Source: the human T2T-CHM13v2.0 reference genome, Homo sapiens. Taken from it: a stretch of DNA of 64,000 nucleotides. Location of the stretch: assembly GCF_009914755.1 (NCBI RefSeq), contig NC_060935.1; one strand, given 5' to 3'. Under the pieces are notes generated by a model. It did not search any database. It was not told the origin of the DNA and saw nothing but the letters and a program-made list of their open reading frames with translations. Positions 21,187-37,525 of the stretch are shown piece after piece; position 1 is the stretch's first letter; every line of letters starts with the position of its first letter. The translations under genes and the position numbers were made by a program.

Positions 21187-24100
21187 TTAGCTACAAACTC
21201 CACATATGTATATACACACATATTATATATAATATAGATATATATTATATGTATACATGTATATTAACATATATATATGTACACATGTATATGGGCATAT
21301 ACATTACAAAGGATTGAGGCAAATATTGAGCAAATGATTATTAAATGTAAATTTTCAAAGTCTTAAGATCATGGCCTATTATACAGGATTATATGCAATA
21401 AAAGCATGCCCACAGAATACTCTCCCTTAAAGTTAGAGTGTGAATATATGACGTAACCATGATTTGCATTGAGATCTTTTGGATTCCAAAGTCTAAGATT
21501 TTATCATGACACTACCCTATAAACATGGCCCACAGAAACTGTGTAAGTTGGTCAAATCTTACAGCAAATTCAGAGCTAGAGAATGTGTAAAATATACATA
21601 ACCCCTGCTTCCCAATAAACCCTATGAGTATAAGCTATTTGAGAAGGAATTTAAATGCCCAAGGATCACAGAATTATGAAGGTATCATGTGGCCACCTAG
21701 ATTAGGGTCCTTAGCCTAGAATTCATGCAACTGTAAGGGATTTAGGGTGGCACAGAATTGTTAAAATGATATATAGCTGTATTTTGTGAAAATTTCATGT
21801 TTATGCCAATTAAAATTATAGACAACATGTTATTCTTAAAGGGAGTTATAATTGTTAAAAGTTTAAAAATTATTGATATAAACAACTTTTTAGATGACTA
21901 AGTGGAAACACAGAGAGCCAAAGTGACTGTGGAGAACCATACAACTGGATAATGGGAGAATAGTTATTAGAACATAGGTTTCTTCCTTCCTTTCCCTCCT
22001 CAACTGACCATGTCATGGTGCCATATGTATTAAGCCACACCATGAGCTTGCAAAAGCAAAGCTAGTATCTGCAGAGGATGGCACATGATTATGAGAAAAT
22101 GAGAAGCCTTAGTGGTCTGAGGCATCCTGATGGACTCTAGGTAACTTACTCCTTTGCTTTCCAAAAGAGTAATAAGAAAAGCTATATTTAATTTAATGTG
22201 GTTCCATTTGTAGAGAGAAATAATATCTGCTTCTTTATTAACTTATGGTGCAAGGATAACTCAGGCCATTTTCTAAGGAAACTCAATGAGTTAGAATCTG
22301 CTAACCTCAGTAAACAAAACCTCAGTTAGCTGTAATTAATGTTCATAGTGCATCTGCTTAATTTTCCTAATGCACTAGCCCTTTTTTCTTTCGTTTTCTT
22401 TTTTTTCTTTTAAAACTTCTGTAATTCTTCATGAGCTTTACTTTCGGTAACTTACGGGGAGGTTTCTTAATCTTATTTTAACATGGTATTGCAATATTAA
22501 TTTGAATTTTTTTGATGGTGGAGGGATTTTAAGAAACAATTTTAAAACAAATAGGTCTATTCATCAAAATGTTCAGGCTAAAACAGTTGTGAATATCGTG
22601 GGAATAACTTATAAGGGAGACGACATCTTCATTATTAGTTCAGTGGTGTCTAGTTGAAAATGTCTATATTACAGAGAAGTTGGCAGGAGCTGCTAAAGAA
22701 TGCTTCAGCTTGTCCACAAGTAAGAATTAATCCTAACTGATTACTGAAAACCAGAGCTTTGCACAAAATTGCCTTTTCATTCATAGTGGCATCTCAACAC
22801 TGATTACGTGAAATCTGCAATGTACTTTCAAAGAAACTGAGATGATATACTTGATAAGGCATAAAAATTGATCTCTGCCACCACCACCAACCATGAAGCA
22901 GCCTACAGCATCTTGACCATTAAATGAATTGATTATTAGGGGCCAGACAGTCTGCTAAATACATTGCATACATTATTTTATGTAACCTTCATGGGATTGC
23001 TATTATATAGATGCAATTACTCTTAATCTATCTACATTATAGCAATGTTATTTCATAGATGTTTTCATAGATGAATAAATTTGCATTTAAGGAGAATTAA
23101 AAATTTGATCGTTTCACAGAATGATTAAGGGAAGAAATTCTGGATTTGACCTCAAATTACCTTGATTCCAAAGCTAGTTCCATTAACTATCAAGTTACAT
23201 CCTTTCCCATTCTGATAGCAATAATGCATAGGCTAATGGATACATTTTTTATAATGATCAAAAAATTACAATGAAAGAAAAAAAGGGTGGGAAAAAGAGA
23301 GAATGGAGGGAGTGAGTGAAGAATGGAAGAGACAAAAGAAGAAACAAATAATTTAGAAGCAGAAAATCGACAATCAGAGGAGAAGACATTGAAGATAAAA
23401 ATAAACAGCAAAGTAAGAGTAGACTTTTTGTTGCCATGGAGATTTCGGAAATGAAGGTAAAATGTATCCGCATATAATACTTGCAAATAAAGATCTGTAG
23501 GGGTAGCAGGAATTCCTCATGCCAATGAAGTAGGTGCCCAGCAGGAGGAAGCTGACTCGCACTCCTTACATCAGAGCATCCTGGCCTAATCCAGCGAATT
23601 CTGACATCAAGCTCCCGTGAGCAGAGTCTGAACCATTTAACCTAGCATGGTGAGAGAGTCTATTTGGTCATCTTTATTGTTGCAAATAGGGGTATTTTTT
23701 GGGAAAATGTATGATGCGTAAAAAATATAATTACCTTATGACTCTACATTGAATGCATACATTATTCTGTCTTTAGGATCAAATCCACTAAGAGAATCAA
23801 GAACTGCTGCACAGAAACCTTTGATAGCCAATGTCCTAATACGAAGAAGAAGTAAATGAACAGAAGGAGACATAGACTTAAAGCTCTCGCAAAATTGAAC
23901 AATATTTCAAGGCCCTACATTGACCAAACATTAACGTTAAAAGAGCCTCACCATGTCAGCATTCCAGCCAGCCCAAATCGTCAAAGAGCAAGAAAGCAAT
24001 GCTAAAGAACAATGTGAAGGAATCATTACATACCGTTTGAATAGTTTCCTAAATTCACTCAGTGCTCTATCTATTATTAGCTATAGCACAGAGAACTTGT

Positions 24101-25671
24101 TTCCTATTACAGATGGTAGAGAATTTCTAGTTTGCATAAAATCAACATCCTCTAAAGTTCTGAAAAAACATATGTTTGCAGACGCTTACCCAAAGATAGC
24201 AACGGAACATTCATTATTCATTAGCTGTTTCATTTCAAATTTTTTATGATCTATTTGCCATATTTCACTGAATCTAAGATCTTGCAGACAAAGTTGATAG
24301 GTACTCCCTTTGTAATACAGTTAAGATCAGACTTTAAGATAGCACGTCGTGTTGCTACATGTAAGAGTTCTGTAAGTCTAATGCGATAGATGACAAATAT
24401 TGGAAGCTAAGCATATGTGTTATTTTTCTGCATTTGTCAATTACTATTTTAGAGGAAATATTTAGGCTTTCCTTGCTCATGTTCCTGACTTGGTCCACAG
24501 AGAACAAATGTCCACAAATAATCTTGTCTTTATGAGAATATTAGAAAGAAACAAATAACTTCTTTTTCATTTTATAGCTTTAAAAGCACAAGAAGAGGGA
24601 GGGTACTACTTCATTCTCCATGTATGGCTTGAATCAAGCTGGTTTACGGATCTCTGCATTGCACATTAGGAGCATCATATATTGGTCAGAATCCTGATGG
24701 TGAAGTCAACAATACAAATTCAGGCGTCAAGCCTCACTCTCACACCTGACAATTCTGTGTATTTTGAAGCACTCCGAAATCTTTATGAGGGCAGACTTGC
24801 CCCATACTACTATCAGGGAAGAATTATCTTGCTTCTCAGTGCAAAAATAGTTGTAAACTGTCAAAGCTATTTATCTTCTCATGTCAACTCCCTGCTCATT
24901 ATTAGAGGTTCAGGGAAATGTCATTTCTACTGAGAAATGGTTTTTACAACCCAAATCCAAATCCAATGCTACCTCTTCTGTGATCCCTTAACAATTTTAA
25001 TCTTATTTTAGCACTTATCACAGCCTACCAGATAGTTATTAAAATTATTTGAGCATGCACCTTGCTCATTGACTAGAAGTGAATCCCTAGTGGTTAGAGA
25101 TTAGGTAACACTTATTCATGTAGCCTCCCACTTCTTACAAAGTACATTACGTTTGAAAAGTATGGAAAGACTTGAATCTTTAAGGCTTATATTTTTTATT
25201 CTAGTTCAGAAGAGACAGTGTGCCCAACATCAGTAAGTCAGGTATTCTGGAGATATTTGCTACATAGTCACAAGTATATCCATTATCATATGCACACATA
25301 CATATACACAAACATACATATATATGTTTGTGCATGTGTCAAATACACACACAAACACATAATCACAAATACAACACTACAGGTATCTTCCCTTTTCTTT
25401 TCACAATTGTTGCTAGTAACTCCACCTCTATTTCTTAATAGAAATTTAGACTACTTAAGGAAAGAAAATTGTAGAGATCATAGAGATCTACCAAGACCAT
25501 TAGTATCACAGCACATGGTACAGAAAACAGAATTTGTGTTACTACTCAACAGTGCCGGCTCATCATAAAAGCACAAAGACAATTTGCTGAGCTGAGCTGA
25601 GCTTGGTTTCAATGCTATTACTTCAATTCATTTTCCCCTAAAGATAGGGCTGTTTTTTTTGCCTCTTTCAA

Positions 25672-26040
25672 TTGAACTAATGTACATAGAGAGTAGAAAA
25701 ATGGTTACCAGAGGCTGGGAAGGGAAGTGGGGGCTCTGGGAAGTGGAGGCACAGATGATTAATGGGTACAAAAACAAAATAGAAAGAATGAATAAGACCT
25801 ACTATTTGATAGCACAACAGGGTGACTATAGTCAAGAATAACTTAATTGTATATTTTTAAATAACTTAAAAATGCAATTGGATTGTTTGTAACTCAAAGG
25901 ATAAATGTTTGATGGAATGGATACCCCATTTTCCAGGATGTGCTTATTTTATATTGCATGCGTGTATCAAAACATCTCATGTAACCCATAAATATATATA
26001 CCTACTCTGTACCCACAAAAAGTCTTAAAAATAATTTTTT
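25672..26040 (+). mobile_element. L1MA-type 3' end
   Basis: gagtagaa..atggttaccagaggctgggaaggg...gcacaacagggtgactatagtc...ctactctgtacccacaaaa. Confidence 0.8.
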
Positions 26041-27344
26041 AAAAATTTTAAAAGCTTTGCTTCAATTAGTCTTGAATGCTTGGTTCTGGCACCGCCTACT
26101 TCTTGTGGGCATAGTGCCCACTGTACGTGTTCAAGTGAGCTGCACTCATCCATCTTTCACTAGGGCTGATTCATAGGGCGGCCAGAACCCTGTTTAGAAC
26201 CATAGCTTGCTGCTTACATAAATCAATGAAATCATATGAAACACAATATAACATGGTTTCATTGAAAGAGCACAGGTGTCAAAAGGATGTGAGTTTACAT
26301 ATTACATAACTTAATATTTATTTGAACTTGGACTCGTCACTTAGCCTGGTTGAACTTCAAATCCTTTATTGGTGAAATGAGCATCCACTCATAAAATTTC
26401 ATAAGCCTATTTCAAAGGATTGCTACCTTATATAATTTTATAAACTATGAATTCTCATACAAAAGTCAGTGATACCAGATCACACAATTTAAAATTTATA
26501 GGCAGACACTTCACTACTTTTGCTTCCCTTCACTGTGAAGTAACACATGCTATCACCTTGGTGGCACTCGCAGGGTATCTGTTGGCTGGCTGTTTTATTG
26601 GGCTTCTTCCTGCCACTCAAGTGATCATGACTGAGAAGAAATCAATGGGTGTCTGTTGGCAGTGTTTTTAAAGACATATTCCTTAGGTAATACAGGTAGT
26701 CACTCATAAAAAAAAATTTTTTTCTGGATATTAGTCTGCCCTCGTGGATATCTCAGGGCCTCATACTTCATCAGGCAATGGCCAGTTCATTTTTTTAATC
26801 CAAAGCTACACAGAGTGAAACACTTTATTCTGTGTGTGTTTTAAAAGCCCAGGTAGCACTAAATACCATTTTCCAGGAAGTGTGCCAAGTACTTTGGAGG
26901 ATGTACATTGAACTTTTCATTAGAAAAGCTTCCCAAATGGATAAGAGTTATCTGACAGAAAATAGTTTCATATCTCATTATACCTTTGAGTGTGATTACA
27001 CAAACCAGCTTGGAAGACTACCAGGCAGCACCTGGCTGTTCTCACCTTGACTCTACCATTAGCTAACAATGTGAGTTAGGGGGCATGTCATTTAACCTCA
27101 TTGCTTTTGTTTTCTCTCCTGATCTAGAAGGCATGATATATTTGCCACTTGAGGTCCTCCCTGTTTCTAAAAGTGATCAAATGTGGTTTTTAGTAGAGCA
27201 GATTGCAGATATTGAAACAATCAAAACCCAGTTGGAAGGAAAGAGAAGATATCAGTGATCTACAGGGAAAAAAACACTAGATTCAAAAATTTATTTTAGT
27301 GCTGAGCTTTCTAGTGTTAAGGTAAAACTAACTAAACACATGTA

Positions 27345-27530
27345 AATTATATCTATATATAAATATGTTATAAATATATAGAACCATTATATATGTTATG
27401 TATTATACATATATTTATTTATATATACCATAAAACATATTTGTGCTTATCTATAACACATAACATATATAATATATATTCATCTTTCATATTTATTATA
27501 TATACATTATACATATATGTACATGTTATG
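27345..27530. repeat. Degenerate TA-rich low-complexity tract
   Basis: tata/taca-rich run. Confidence 0.6.
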
Positions 27531-29994
27531 TGCATGGGAATAATGGTTTTTCATATAGACAGATATTTTCATAAAATTTGTTTCAAAAGTAATTTTTATG
27601 CTGACATGTCTTTATATAAGGACTTTGAATAACAATATTCTTGTTGTCTTTAATAATAGTCTTATAGAAAGAAATTAATATTACATTTCCAATATTTTGT
27701 GGTGGTAGTATTTGCTAACCAATGCATAATCCTTTATATACACTGTCTGTTGTTATTTAAGTGTCCCTGAAAAGTAATTGTTATCTCCTGTTTGAGAAAG
27801 GATGAAATTAGCATTTAGAGAAGTCGAGTGATTTTCTTATTGTCAATTAGCAAGTATAACAGTAAGCCATTATGATGTGGCTGTTTCTACACATCTGGGT
27901 GTACTTTAGTGGGCATGCTTCTTTTGTGAGGCCAAGTCAATAAAGACCATGTTGGCTCCTGAAATTTAGTATATGCATACTAAGGTCTACCTCTAGTGGG
28001 ATAGGATAAAACAGTCAGGAAGATATTTTCCTAAAGTAAATACTGTTTCCACTCAGTTTTTCATTGCAAACTGGATAATAGCCATCTGCAGACAAAATTT
28101 TTGATGGGAGTACATGATGAGAGTACTTTAAGTTGTTTGTAGAAAGAAAAGCTATACATTTTAACTACCAAATACAGGTAGCAAGGCTAGCACTATCATT
28201 AACACCAAGAAGCTTTCTTCATATTCTCTCATTTATGACTACACAGAGGTAGATATAAGAATAAATTTGATGAGCTCTCAAGCCCTTCCAAACTTTAACA
28301 TTCTGTCACCATAGAATAAACTATATATAAACTAAGCAAACGTTTGACTCCACTAAAAATATGAAATTCATCAGTGCATCCTTGTTCTGGTATGACCCTC
28401 AGACCACCAAGGTTTAACTAATGGACTTCTGAGTATTACCTTGGCTCTAGTCTGTAGCAATGCTCAATGAATAGAAGATAAGTAGACTCTTCTGTTAATA
28501 CTAGTTTATGCCCTACAAAATAAACTTTATTGAGAATGTCATTCTTGAGACAGATTCATTCAACAAAATTAAAAAACAAACAAGGCATAGCATAATGTAC
28601 AGAAATTGAAAGCTGGCCTTCAGCACACCTCCTCCTTCCACCAGCTACTGTGTTTTACTTCTCTCCACAGATGTAATGAAAATGCCTCTTACCATTTATC
28701 CAATAAATACCTACTCTGCTCTCAGTACTTGATACCTATGACTTAATCCTTCCAACAACCTTTCAAGAGAAGAATGATAACTCCCACTTACAAAAAAGGA
28801 AGCAGAAGCTGAATGGCCAAGGTAACAGAGCTACTAATGGCAGACCCAGGATTTCAGTCCAAGTGTATCTGATTCCAAGCTTGAACCCTTTAACACAATA
28901 TGCTTCTTCTCACAAGTACTATATCAGATGCACTGTTGCTTCCTGTTATTTGTTGAGTACCCACCATAGAGTTTCTATTCCAGAAGGAAAATAAGAGATT
29001 TAGAAGAAAATCTACAGAATGTTTGGTTTTCAGTTCCTACAGAGAAAGGGTCATAAGTGACCCAAGCATTTAGATAAAAGTCTAGGTCAATATGCCCATC
29101 ACTAGCACTTTGTTTTTACTTCTTACCACCTCTTTCTCCAGTACCTCCCTCCTACTCTTTCAGTTATATATCCACTGCTTGGCACATGATAGGCCCTTTA
29201 AATAAAATTACTTAAACTATCTGCCTCAATTTCCTCATCTATAAAATAGGATAATTTAAATTTCAGGTTTGTTGCATGGATGAAATTAGTACAATACAGC
29301 ATCTGACACAATATATGGCACATAATTATCTAATAAAGGGTAGTTATTGTTGTCATTGCCATTACACATTTGTTGAATGATTTAGTGAATGAAGCTCACA
29401 TGCAGGGCACATGTAGTGTCTATAGGCCAAATAGTTGTGCTTAACACCAAGGAGTATCTGTGTACCAAATCCAACCCCCAGAATAGAGCCTTGCCCCTCA
29501 GAAACAAGCCACTTGTCAGTAATTATGTCATCAGTGATGCAATAATATGTGAAATGTACTGTGGCGAGATCCCTCAGTCATTGTTCTTTTCAACATCATA
29601 TCAGTACAAAGGCAGCTGATGTCACTTGCTGGGCTTAATATTTCTGCCCCTTCAGTTACTAATTCATTAAAAAATGCATTTATTTGTTCTAACATTGATT
29701 TATTCAATATTTTTAAAAATTTATTCTACTATGTCTTGGACATTTATCTATCTATCTATCCCAAATGCTATGAGAGGCACTGGGATACGGAAATTAAAGA
29801 CCTGTCCTTGAAGAACATTTAGTTCTGTGAAAAAATGGTCATACAATGCAATAAGGACTAGAGAGGAGGGCTGATACAAACCATGGTGATGGGGGATAGT
29901 GGGAAGTTATGGGATTATAGGATTACATAAAAGGTTAGGCTTCCTAAAAGAGCACCCAGAATTTTGAAGGATAAATAAGAAAAATAATATTTTA

Positions 29995-30560
29995 AAATAA
30001 ACTTTTCATTTCAGAATAGTTGTAGATTTATAGAACCACTGTAAATATTGCACAGAAAGTCCCTATATACTGCATACCCACATTTTCCTGCTAACATCTT
30101 GCTTTAATATGGTTCATTTGTCACAAAGACTAAACTAATATTGATACATTATTATTATCTAAAGCCTATAGTTAGTTCAGACTTCCTTAGTGTCTTCCTA
30201 GTATCCTTTTGCTTATCTGAGATCACATCCAGGTTACCACACTAGATTTAGTTGTCCTGCCTCCTTAGGCTCCTCAAAACGGTGACTGATTGTCATGTTT
30301 TTATTGTTTTAGATCACCTTGACAGTTTTGAGGAGCACGAATCGGGTATTTTGTAGAATGTCCTTCCATTGGGATTTGTCTGATGTTTTTCTCTCAGATT
30401 ACATTGGGGTTGTATGTTTTGGGGAGGAAGATCACAGAAGAAAGTGCCATTCTTATTTACATCATATTGAGGGTATGTGCTGTCATCATACCCTTATCAT
30501 TGTTTATGTTACACTTGATCACCTGGTATTAGTGTTTGTCAGCTTTTTCCACCATTCCAT
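29995..30560 (-). mobile_element. L1MC-type 3' fragment
   Basis: gacagttttgaggagcac...gtattttgtagaatgtccttccattgggatttgtctgatgtttt. Confidence 0.65.
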
Positions 30561-30564
30561 ACTA

Positions 30565-30922
<358 letters not shown>

Positions 30923-33558
30923 CATACCCTTTTATCTCCAATACTTCCCAAATTTCGGAGTGGAAGGATTATTTCTGATGCCAGAACCTGTAGAAAAGTT
31001 TCTGCTATAAAACAGGAAGACAAATCAGACACCTTTGGTTTAATCATTCATATGATTCAATGAAAGAGGCTGTACTGCCTGAGAGATGTGACATGGCTCT
31101 GGAGGCCCCTCTTATTATGATTTTCTTCATACACACAAAGAGCTGTTTTATGGGCTGCAGCTGCAGCAACCATTAGGAAGTACCTCATAATCTCAACAGT
31201 GCAAAATCTGGGCAGGGACAGGGTGAGTTCAGCCATGCATGGTTTATGCAAGGTCAGGGAGGTAAGCCAAAGCATTACCAATTGTTAATTCTCACTATTC
31301 CAGGGGCTGAATATACCTTATCTAATTTAATTTAACCCACATAATTACCATGTGAGTTAAGCATTTCTGGTCCTATTTATAGTGTACAAGTGAAAGTCTC
31401 AGATAACACAAAATAGTAAGTGCAGAATTGGAATTTAAGCCCAGGTGTTTGGACTTCCAATCTCATGTTTATAGCATCAAAAGACATTTTAGGCAACAAT
31501 CCAACATTAATAATATGTCACATCCATTTTCCACCACAGATTGTTCAGAGCATGCTCCCTTACAGGAAACATTCTTAAGCTAAGTCATCATCTTTCCTGT
31601 AATGGGAGAAATAGTAGAAGTCCATACTAAGAATGTGGACCACAGTAGAATTTAGTGATAGACTGTTGGAATTGCTAAAGATCAGTGGGTGCTGACAGTC
31701 AGAGAATTAAAACTATAACACTGTTAGAGGAGTAAAAACAAGCCAAATTATGGCCATGATGGTCCTCATTCAATTACACTAGTAGGTAGTCCACTTAAAA
31801 AACTCCATATAATCTGGTCTACATGTCCTAGACACAGAACCGGAGGAACCATCGATTCCAGCTTCATGCCTATCCGGTTTTTGATGAATTAATGATCCAT
31901 TATCCCTGTGAGACCATTCATTACATATTATTCTATGTTAAAAATAATGTGTGACATACATTTATGCAATATATACTATGTGCCAAGCATGATCCTTAGG
32001 GCTGTATTAATCATTATCTCATTTAATTCTCAAATATCCTTCCATGTAATCACAATGAATCTTATTTGGCAGGAAAAAGAAAAAACTGGCTTAGTGAGAT
32101 TAGTGCTTTCTAATGGTGGCAGAATTAGGGCTCAAATCCAGGATATTCTGTTTACCAAGGCTATTTCCTTTCCAATACCCTGTGAGAGTCTCCATGAAGA
32201 ACGATAAATAATACATTTGACCACAGTCCCCTCATTTCACCATCTAAATTCCAGGTCATAGTTATCTTTACACAACTTCATTAGTGAATACTGAATGGAT
32301 TTGTTATTACAACAGTCTGATACTCAATATTTTGAAGCTAATGAAAAAAAGAACAGAAGGGATTCAGTGGATATTTGGAGTCCTAGAAAAAAGAAAAAGC
32401 TTTATGAAGTTCCTCAGAAGTCCTCTGCTTCCCTCAATGTAATAAACAGAAAGCAAAATGTGCAGGAAGAAATAAAAAAGAAAATATCACTAACAAGGTC
32501 ACTCCATCACCTGCACAAGCCTCTTTAAAATCAGCCCACAGCCAAGGTTCCTGCTGTCAGCTCACTGGACTGGCAACTCATTGGATAACTGCTTCCTTAA
32601 TCCTATCTTTCTGCTTCCTTGATTCTCAAGGAAGTTTCCAAAAGCTGGGGCTGTATATACCAGAATTATTGGGAGAACAGGTGGTATGTAAGGTTGCAGT
32701 ATTCATTTCAACTCAAGAAAATGATTAACTGCACAGCTCAGCACAATTTGGAGAAGTTTTCAAGTGCAGGCAGTCAGTACTAAAAAACTGCAGCTCAAAT
32801 TCCCGTGATCCCTTGAAAAAACTGGAGACAGATATGTTAAAAGGGGAAAAATCATGTGAAGATGAACGGTAGAGCTAAGAAATGCAATTTTTAGAATTGG
32901 AAAGAATTGAGCTTTAAACTCTAGACTCTATATTTTTTGGGCATGTCACTTAAGTTGTCAGAGTCTCAGTTTGTCTATGATGGGGTTATAACGTCTTCCT
33001 CACAATGTTACTCACTCTTTAAGTCATTCATTCATTCAGAAGTATTTTTTTCCATAGATATTATGTACCAGGCTGCCCCTGACATTTGGGATACAACTGT
33101 TAATATATTAGACAAAGTCTGTCTCATGGATTTGGGAAAGGGGCAGACAATAAACAAGAGAATGAGTTAAACCACATGAGAATTTGAGATGATAACAAAC
33201 GTTCTTAACAAAACAAAACAGAGTTTTGTGATAGATCATATCCTGGGAGGGGCTGGTGAAATATTTTTCCCCAGCATATCACATGGGGCCTGGTTTATAG
33301 CAGTTATTCCATTTACATTTTAACTAAACACATGCCTGGACTCTAGTAAGTGCTCATTTCATGCATTTTCTTTCTATACTTGTGAAAGCTGGTTTTTGTA
33401 GCCTAAAGGAGCCAATATTCACTATACACACTAACCGTAACTTCAACTATTTTGATATTATAGAACTTTTACTCCATATTCATCATATACCAACTACTTA
33501 AATATGAATATGATCCACCACAAGGTAGAAGTTATGCAAGATTAAAAATAAAAGAATA

Positions 33559-33908
<350 letters not shown>

Positions 33909-34129
33909 TTACTTTCCTTACTAGTCTGGCCTGGGAGGTAAAATGTGCTCAAATAGAACTGCAATAAACGACAGTGCATTATAAGGTCCTTTAGTATAAA
34001 ATGTTTTCTGTGTCAAGAAGTGGATCACTTGTCATGGGGCTAGAGGAGGGTTCAAGCAGGAAATGGGTTTTGAACTAGGTCTTAGATTTAAAAATGAAAA
34101 TGTAGGAGCAAATGCTTTGTAGGAAATCT

Positions 34130-34225
34130 GTTTAAAATGTCTCATCCCCAGAGTTTCTGATTCACAAAATCAGGGATGGGTCCCAAGAATGTGTATTTCT
34201 GACACGTTCCCAGGTAATTTTCATG
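34130..34225. mobile_element. MER5A-like hAT DNA transposon fragment
   Basis: ccccagagtttctgattca...gggtcccaagaatgtgtatttctgacacgttcccaggtaatt. Confidence 0.65.
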
Positions 34226-34337
34226 CACGTTTCCAGCTATGTTTTTTTCCAAACAGTGATGTATTATACTTGGAAAGTTACTGTATCACTGCACCCTCCT
34301 GTACTATTATGGGGCATGAATGAAGTATATGCAAAGA

Positions 34338-34372
<35 letters not shown>

Positions 34373-34383
34373 CACATGTGCGT
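34338..34383. repeat. (TG)n(CG)n compound microsatellite
   Basis: 46 nt of uninterrupted purine/pyrimidine alternation. Confidence 0.92.
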
Positions 34384-34760
34384 TCATTGTGTGGGTACAT
34401 GGAAAATATCAGAATAATGATGAAGAATCTTTCATACACCATCAGGGGGGTAATTGTTATCCCTTTCTTTTGTCTCTGCTTTCCATCTTACACAACATGA
34501 CCCCCAAACACTCTTCTTCTGCTCTCTTCTCCATACTTCCCAGACGCATCCTACCTATTATAATGTTAAATCAATGGAGTATTGCTATCAAGTTGAGATT
34601 AAAAACTGCTGGGGTCCTTAGAACCTCTGTAGTCTCAGAGTAATACAGAGTAGATCACAAATCTAGTCCCAGACATACCAGGGTCTTTCCTTGTCCAGCC
34701 ATGCGTGTTCATCATTTCCTTAGTATTTTACCTTACAGTGGGTCAGTTAAGAAATTTTAA

Positions 34761-35112
<352 letters not shown>

Positions 35113-35136
35113 TTAATATTAAAGTTGTCCATCAGA

Positions 35137-35422
35137 GGCCAGGCACAGTGGCTCATGCCTGTAATCCCAGCACTTTGAGAGATGGATCACCTGAAGTCAG
35201 GAATTCAAGACCAGCGTGGCCAACGTGGTAAAACCCCGTCTGTACTAAAAATACAAAAATTAGTTGGGCGTGGTGGTCCACATCTATAATCCCAGTTACT
35301 CGGGAGGCTGAGGCAGGACAATCATTTGAACCTGGGAGGCAGAGGTCGCAATGAGTTGATATCTCCACGGCACTCCAGCTTGGAGGACAGAGTGAGACTC
35401 TATCTTAATAAATAAATAATAA
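35137..35422 (+). mobile_element. AluS with a short left-arm deletion
   Basis: TSD taaagtt(g/a)t(c/t)catcaga. Confidence 0.9.
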
Positions 35423-36884
35423 AGTTATTCATCAGATACCAAGTATCTTTTTTAATCCCAAAGATACTCATTGAAAGATTACATAAATACAGGTTCAGAC
35501 AGCTAGCCCTGCCGGGCCAGAGATACTGAGGAGACTATGCCTAATGATCCCTCAACTGCACCATCACTAAATTATCTGCAGCCTCCTTTAATTTCAGACT
35601 CTTATATCAGGATCTTCATAGCAAAAATAATTCTGATCATCTACCAAATTAATGAAGAAGTTTATTTTGGCATTAAATTCATTTTTAATTTGCTTCAAAT
35701 AATGTAAGTTTTCAATTGAGGTAGAGTTTATTAAACATAAAATACTGGCAGGGATGTTTATGTATATCTTATCACCTCTTTAGCTCAAAGATCTCAAGAT
35801 CAAAATAACAGAAAATATTTGTATTCTATTATAATATATTATGACCAAAAATATCGGGAAAACAAATATTTTCTACTTTGTCCAACTTTCAATGACATAT
35901 TTTCAATTCTTATGTGTATTACTGGAAAAAACAAATCTAATACCTTGGCCAATAAGCTTGAAGTATGAATCAAGCTTTGAAATATAATATTGGACCTTCA
36001 CAGTCTGCTAACAAATTATCTACACCTTGGCCCAGAATTGCTTCATAGTAGACTCTCTAAATAACCATAACTGACTGTTAAACAAGTGAATATCTCAAAG
36101 GACAGGTAATCAAATGAGCTCTACACCACTAACAGACAATTTTTCCACTAAAAAAGATTTATTTATATCTTCTTAATGTCTGCCTCAAGCCACAAATCTA
36201 TACAATGTTAGTTAGCAGGAGAAGCTGAAAATTAGGTGTGGTAAGAATGAAATCTAGAAAGTCATCTTCACGTTATACTGGCTTCATTTTTTCTTCTGTA
36301 TCTTGTAATGTGAGGATGTGGGAGTACTGGCATAAGGAAAAAAATGTTATGAACCATCCTTTTCTAGTCCGAAGAGAAAACCTCCATTTGTGTCTCTAAC
36401 TACCAGGAAGCAACCTTAACTCTGTTCAAGAGATATCACTAGACTGGATCTGCCCTGGTGGCTGACAATAAATTGTAAGCTCAGTGGCTCAGATGGACAG
36501 CAAACATGTTTGGAAGTTGCTAAGGATGGCAACAAGAGACAACATGGAAAGGTAAAGATAGGTCATATTGATGAAGACTTCAGTGAGAGTGAAAATATGA
36601 GAAAGGTTAATGCAGACATAAGGAGAGTAGAGTCAATATACTCTACACTCTTTAATTATAAAGGAGCATGCAATAATAGGAACTACGCAATAACCTGGAA
36701 GTGATCTATGCTTACAAAATGCATCAGATGGAATTGAAAACATGTTCATGATATATCATTATTGTTTTTTAAATTAAGTCACAAAGGAAGGTGCAAAAAT
36801 CAATCTCAATTTTTGTTCAAATATGATTTAATAAAATATAAAGATAGAGAGGGAAGGAGGAAAAGAAATGGATGGTGAAAATTT

Positions 36885-37525
36885 ATGCTGGCAAGGTTGC
36901 ATAGAAAAAAGAATACATTGCTGGTAGGGATATAAATTTGTTTAGCTGCTATGCAAAACAGTTTGGTGATTTCTCAAAGTACTTAAAACAGTACTACCAT
37001 TCAACCCAGCAATCCTGTTACTGGTTATACAACCAAAGGAATATAAATTGTTTTAACATAAAGATACATTCATGCATATGTTCCTCACAGCACTATTCAC
37101 AATAGCAAAGACATAGAATCAACTTAGATGCTCATCAACTGTGGAGTAGATTTAAAAAATGCGGTACATATACGCAGTGAAATACTACACAGCCATAAAA
37201 AAAGCAAAATCATGCTCTTTTTGGCAACACACATTTTCTAAGCAAATTAACTCAAGAATAGAAAAATACCACATGTTCTCACTTGTAAGGATGAGCTAAA
37301 TATTGAAAGCAAATGGACACAAAGAAGGGAACAATAGACCCTGGGGACTACTTGAGGGTGGAGGGTAGGAGGAGGGAGAGAATAAAAATCTACTCACTGG
37401 GTACTATGCACATTACACAGGTGACAAAATAATCTGTACACCAAGCACCCACAACACACAATTTACCCATGTAACAAACCTGCACATGTACCCCCTGAAC
37501 CTAAAGTAAAACTTAAGGGGAAAAA
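36885..37525 (+). mobile_element. L1PB-type 3' fragment
   Basis: ctaccattcaacccagcaatc...tacttgagggtggagggtaggaggagggagag...gtaacaaacctgcacatgtacccc. Confidence 0.85.
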
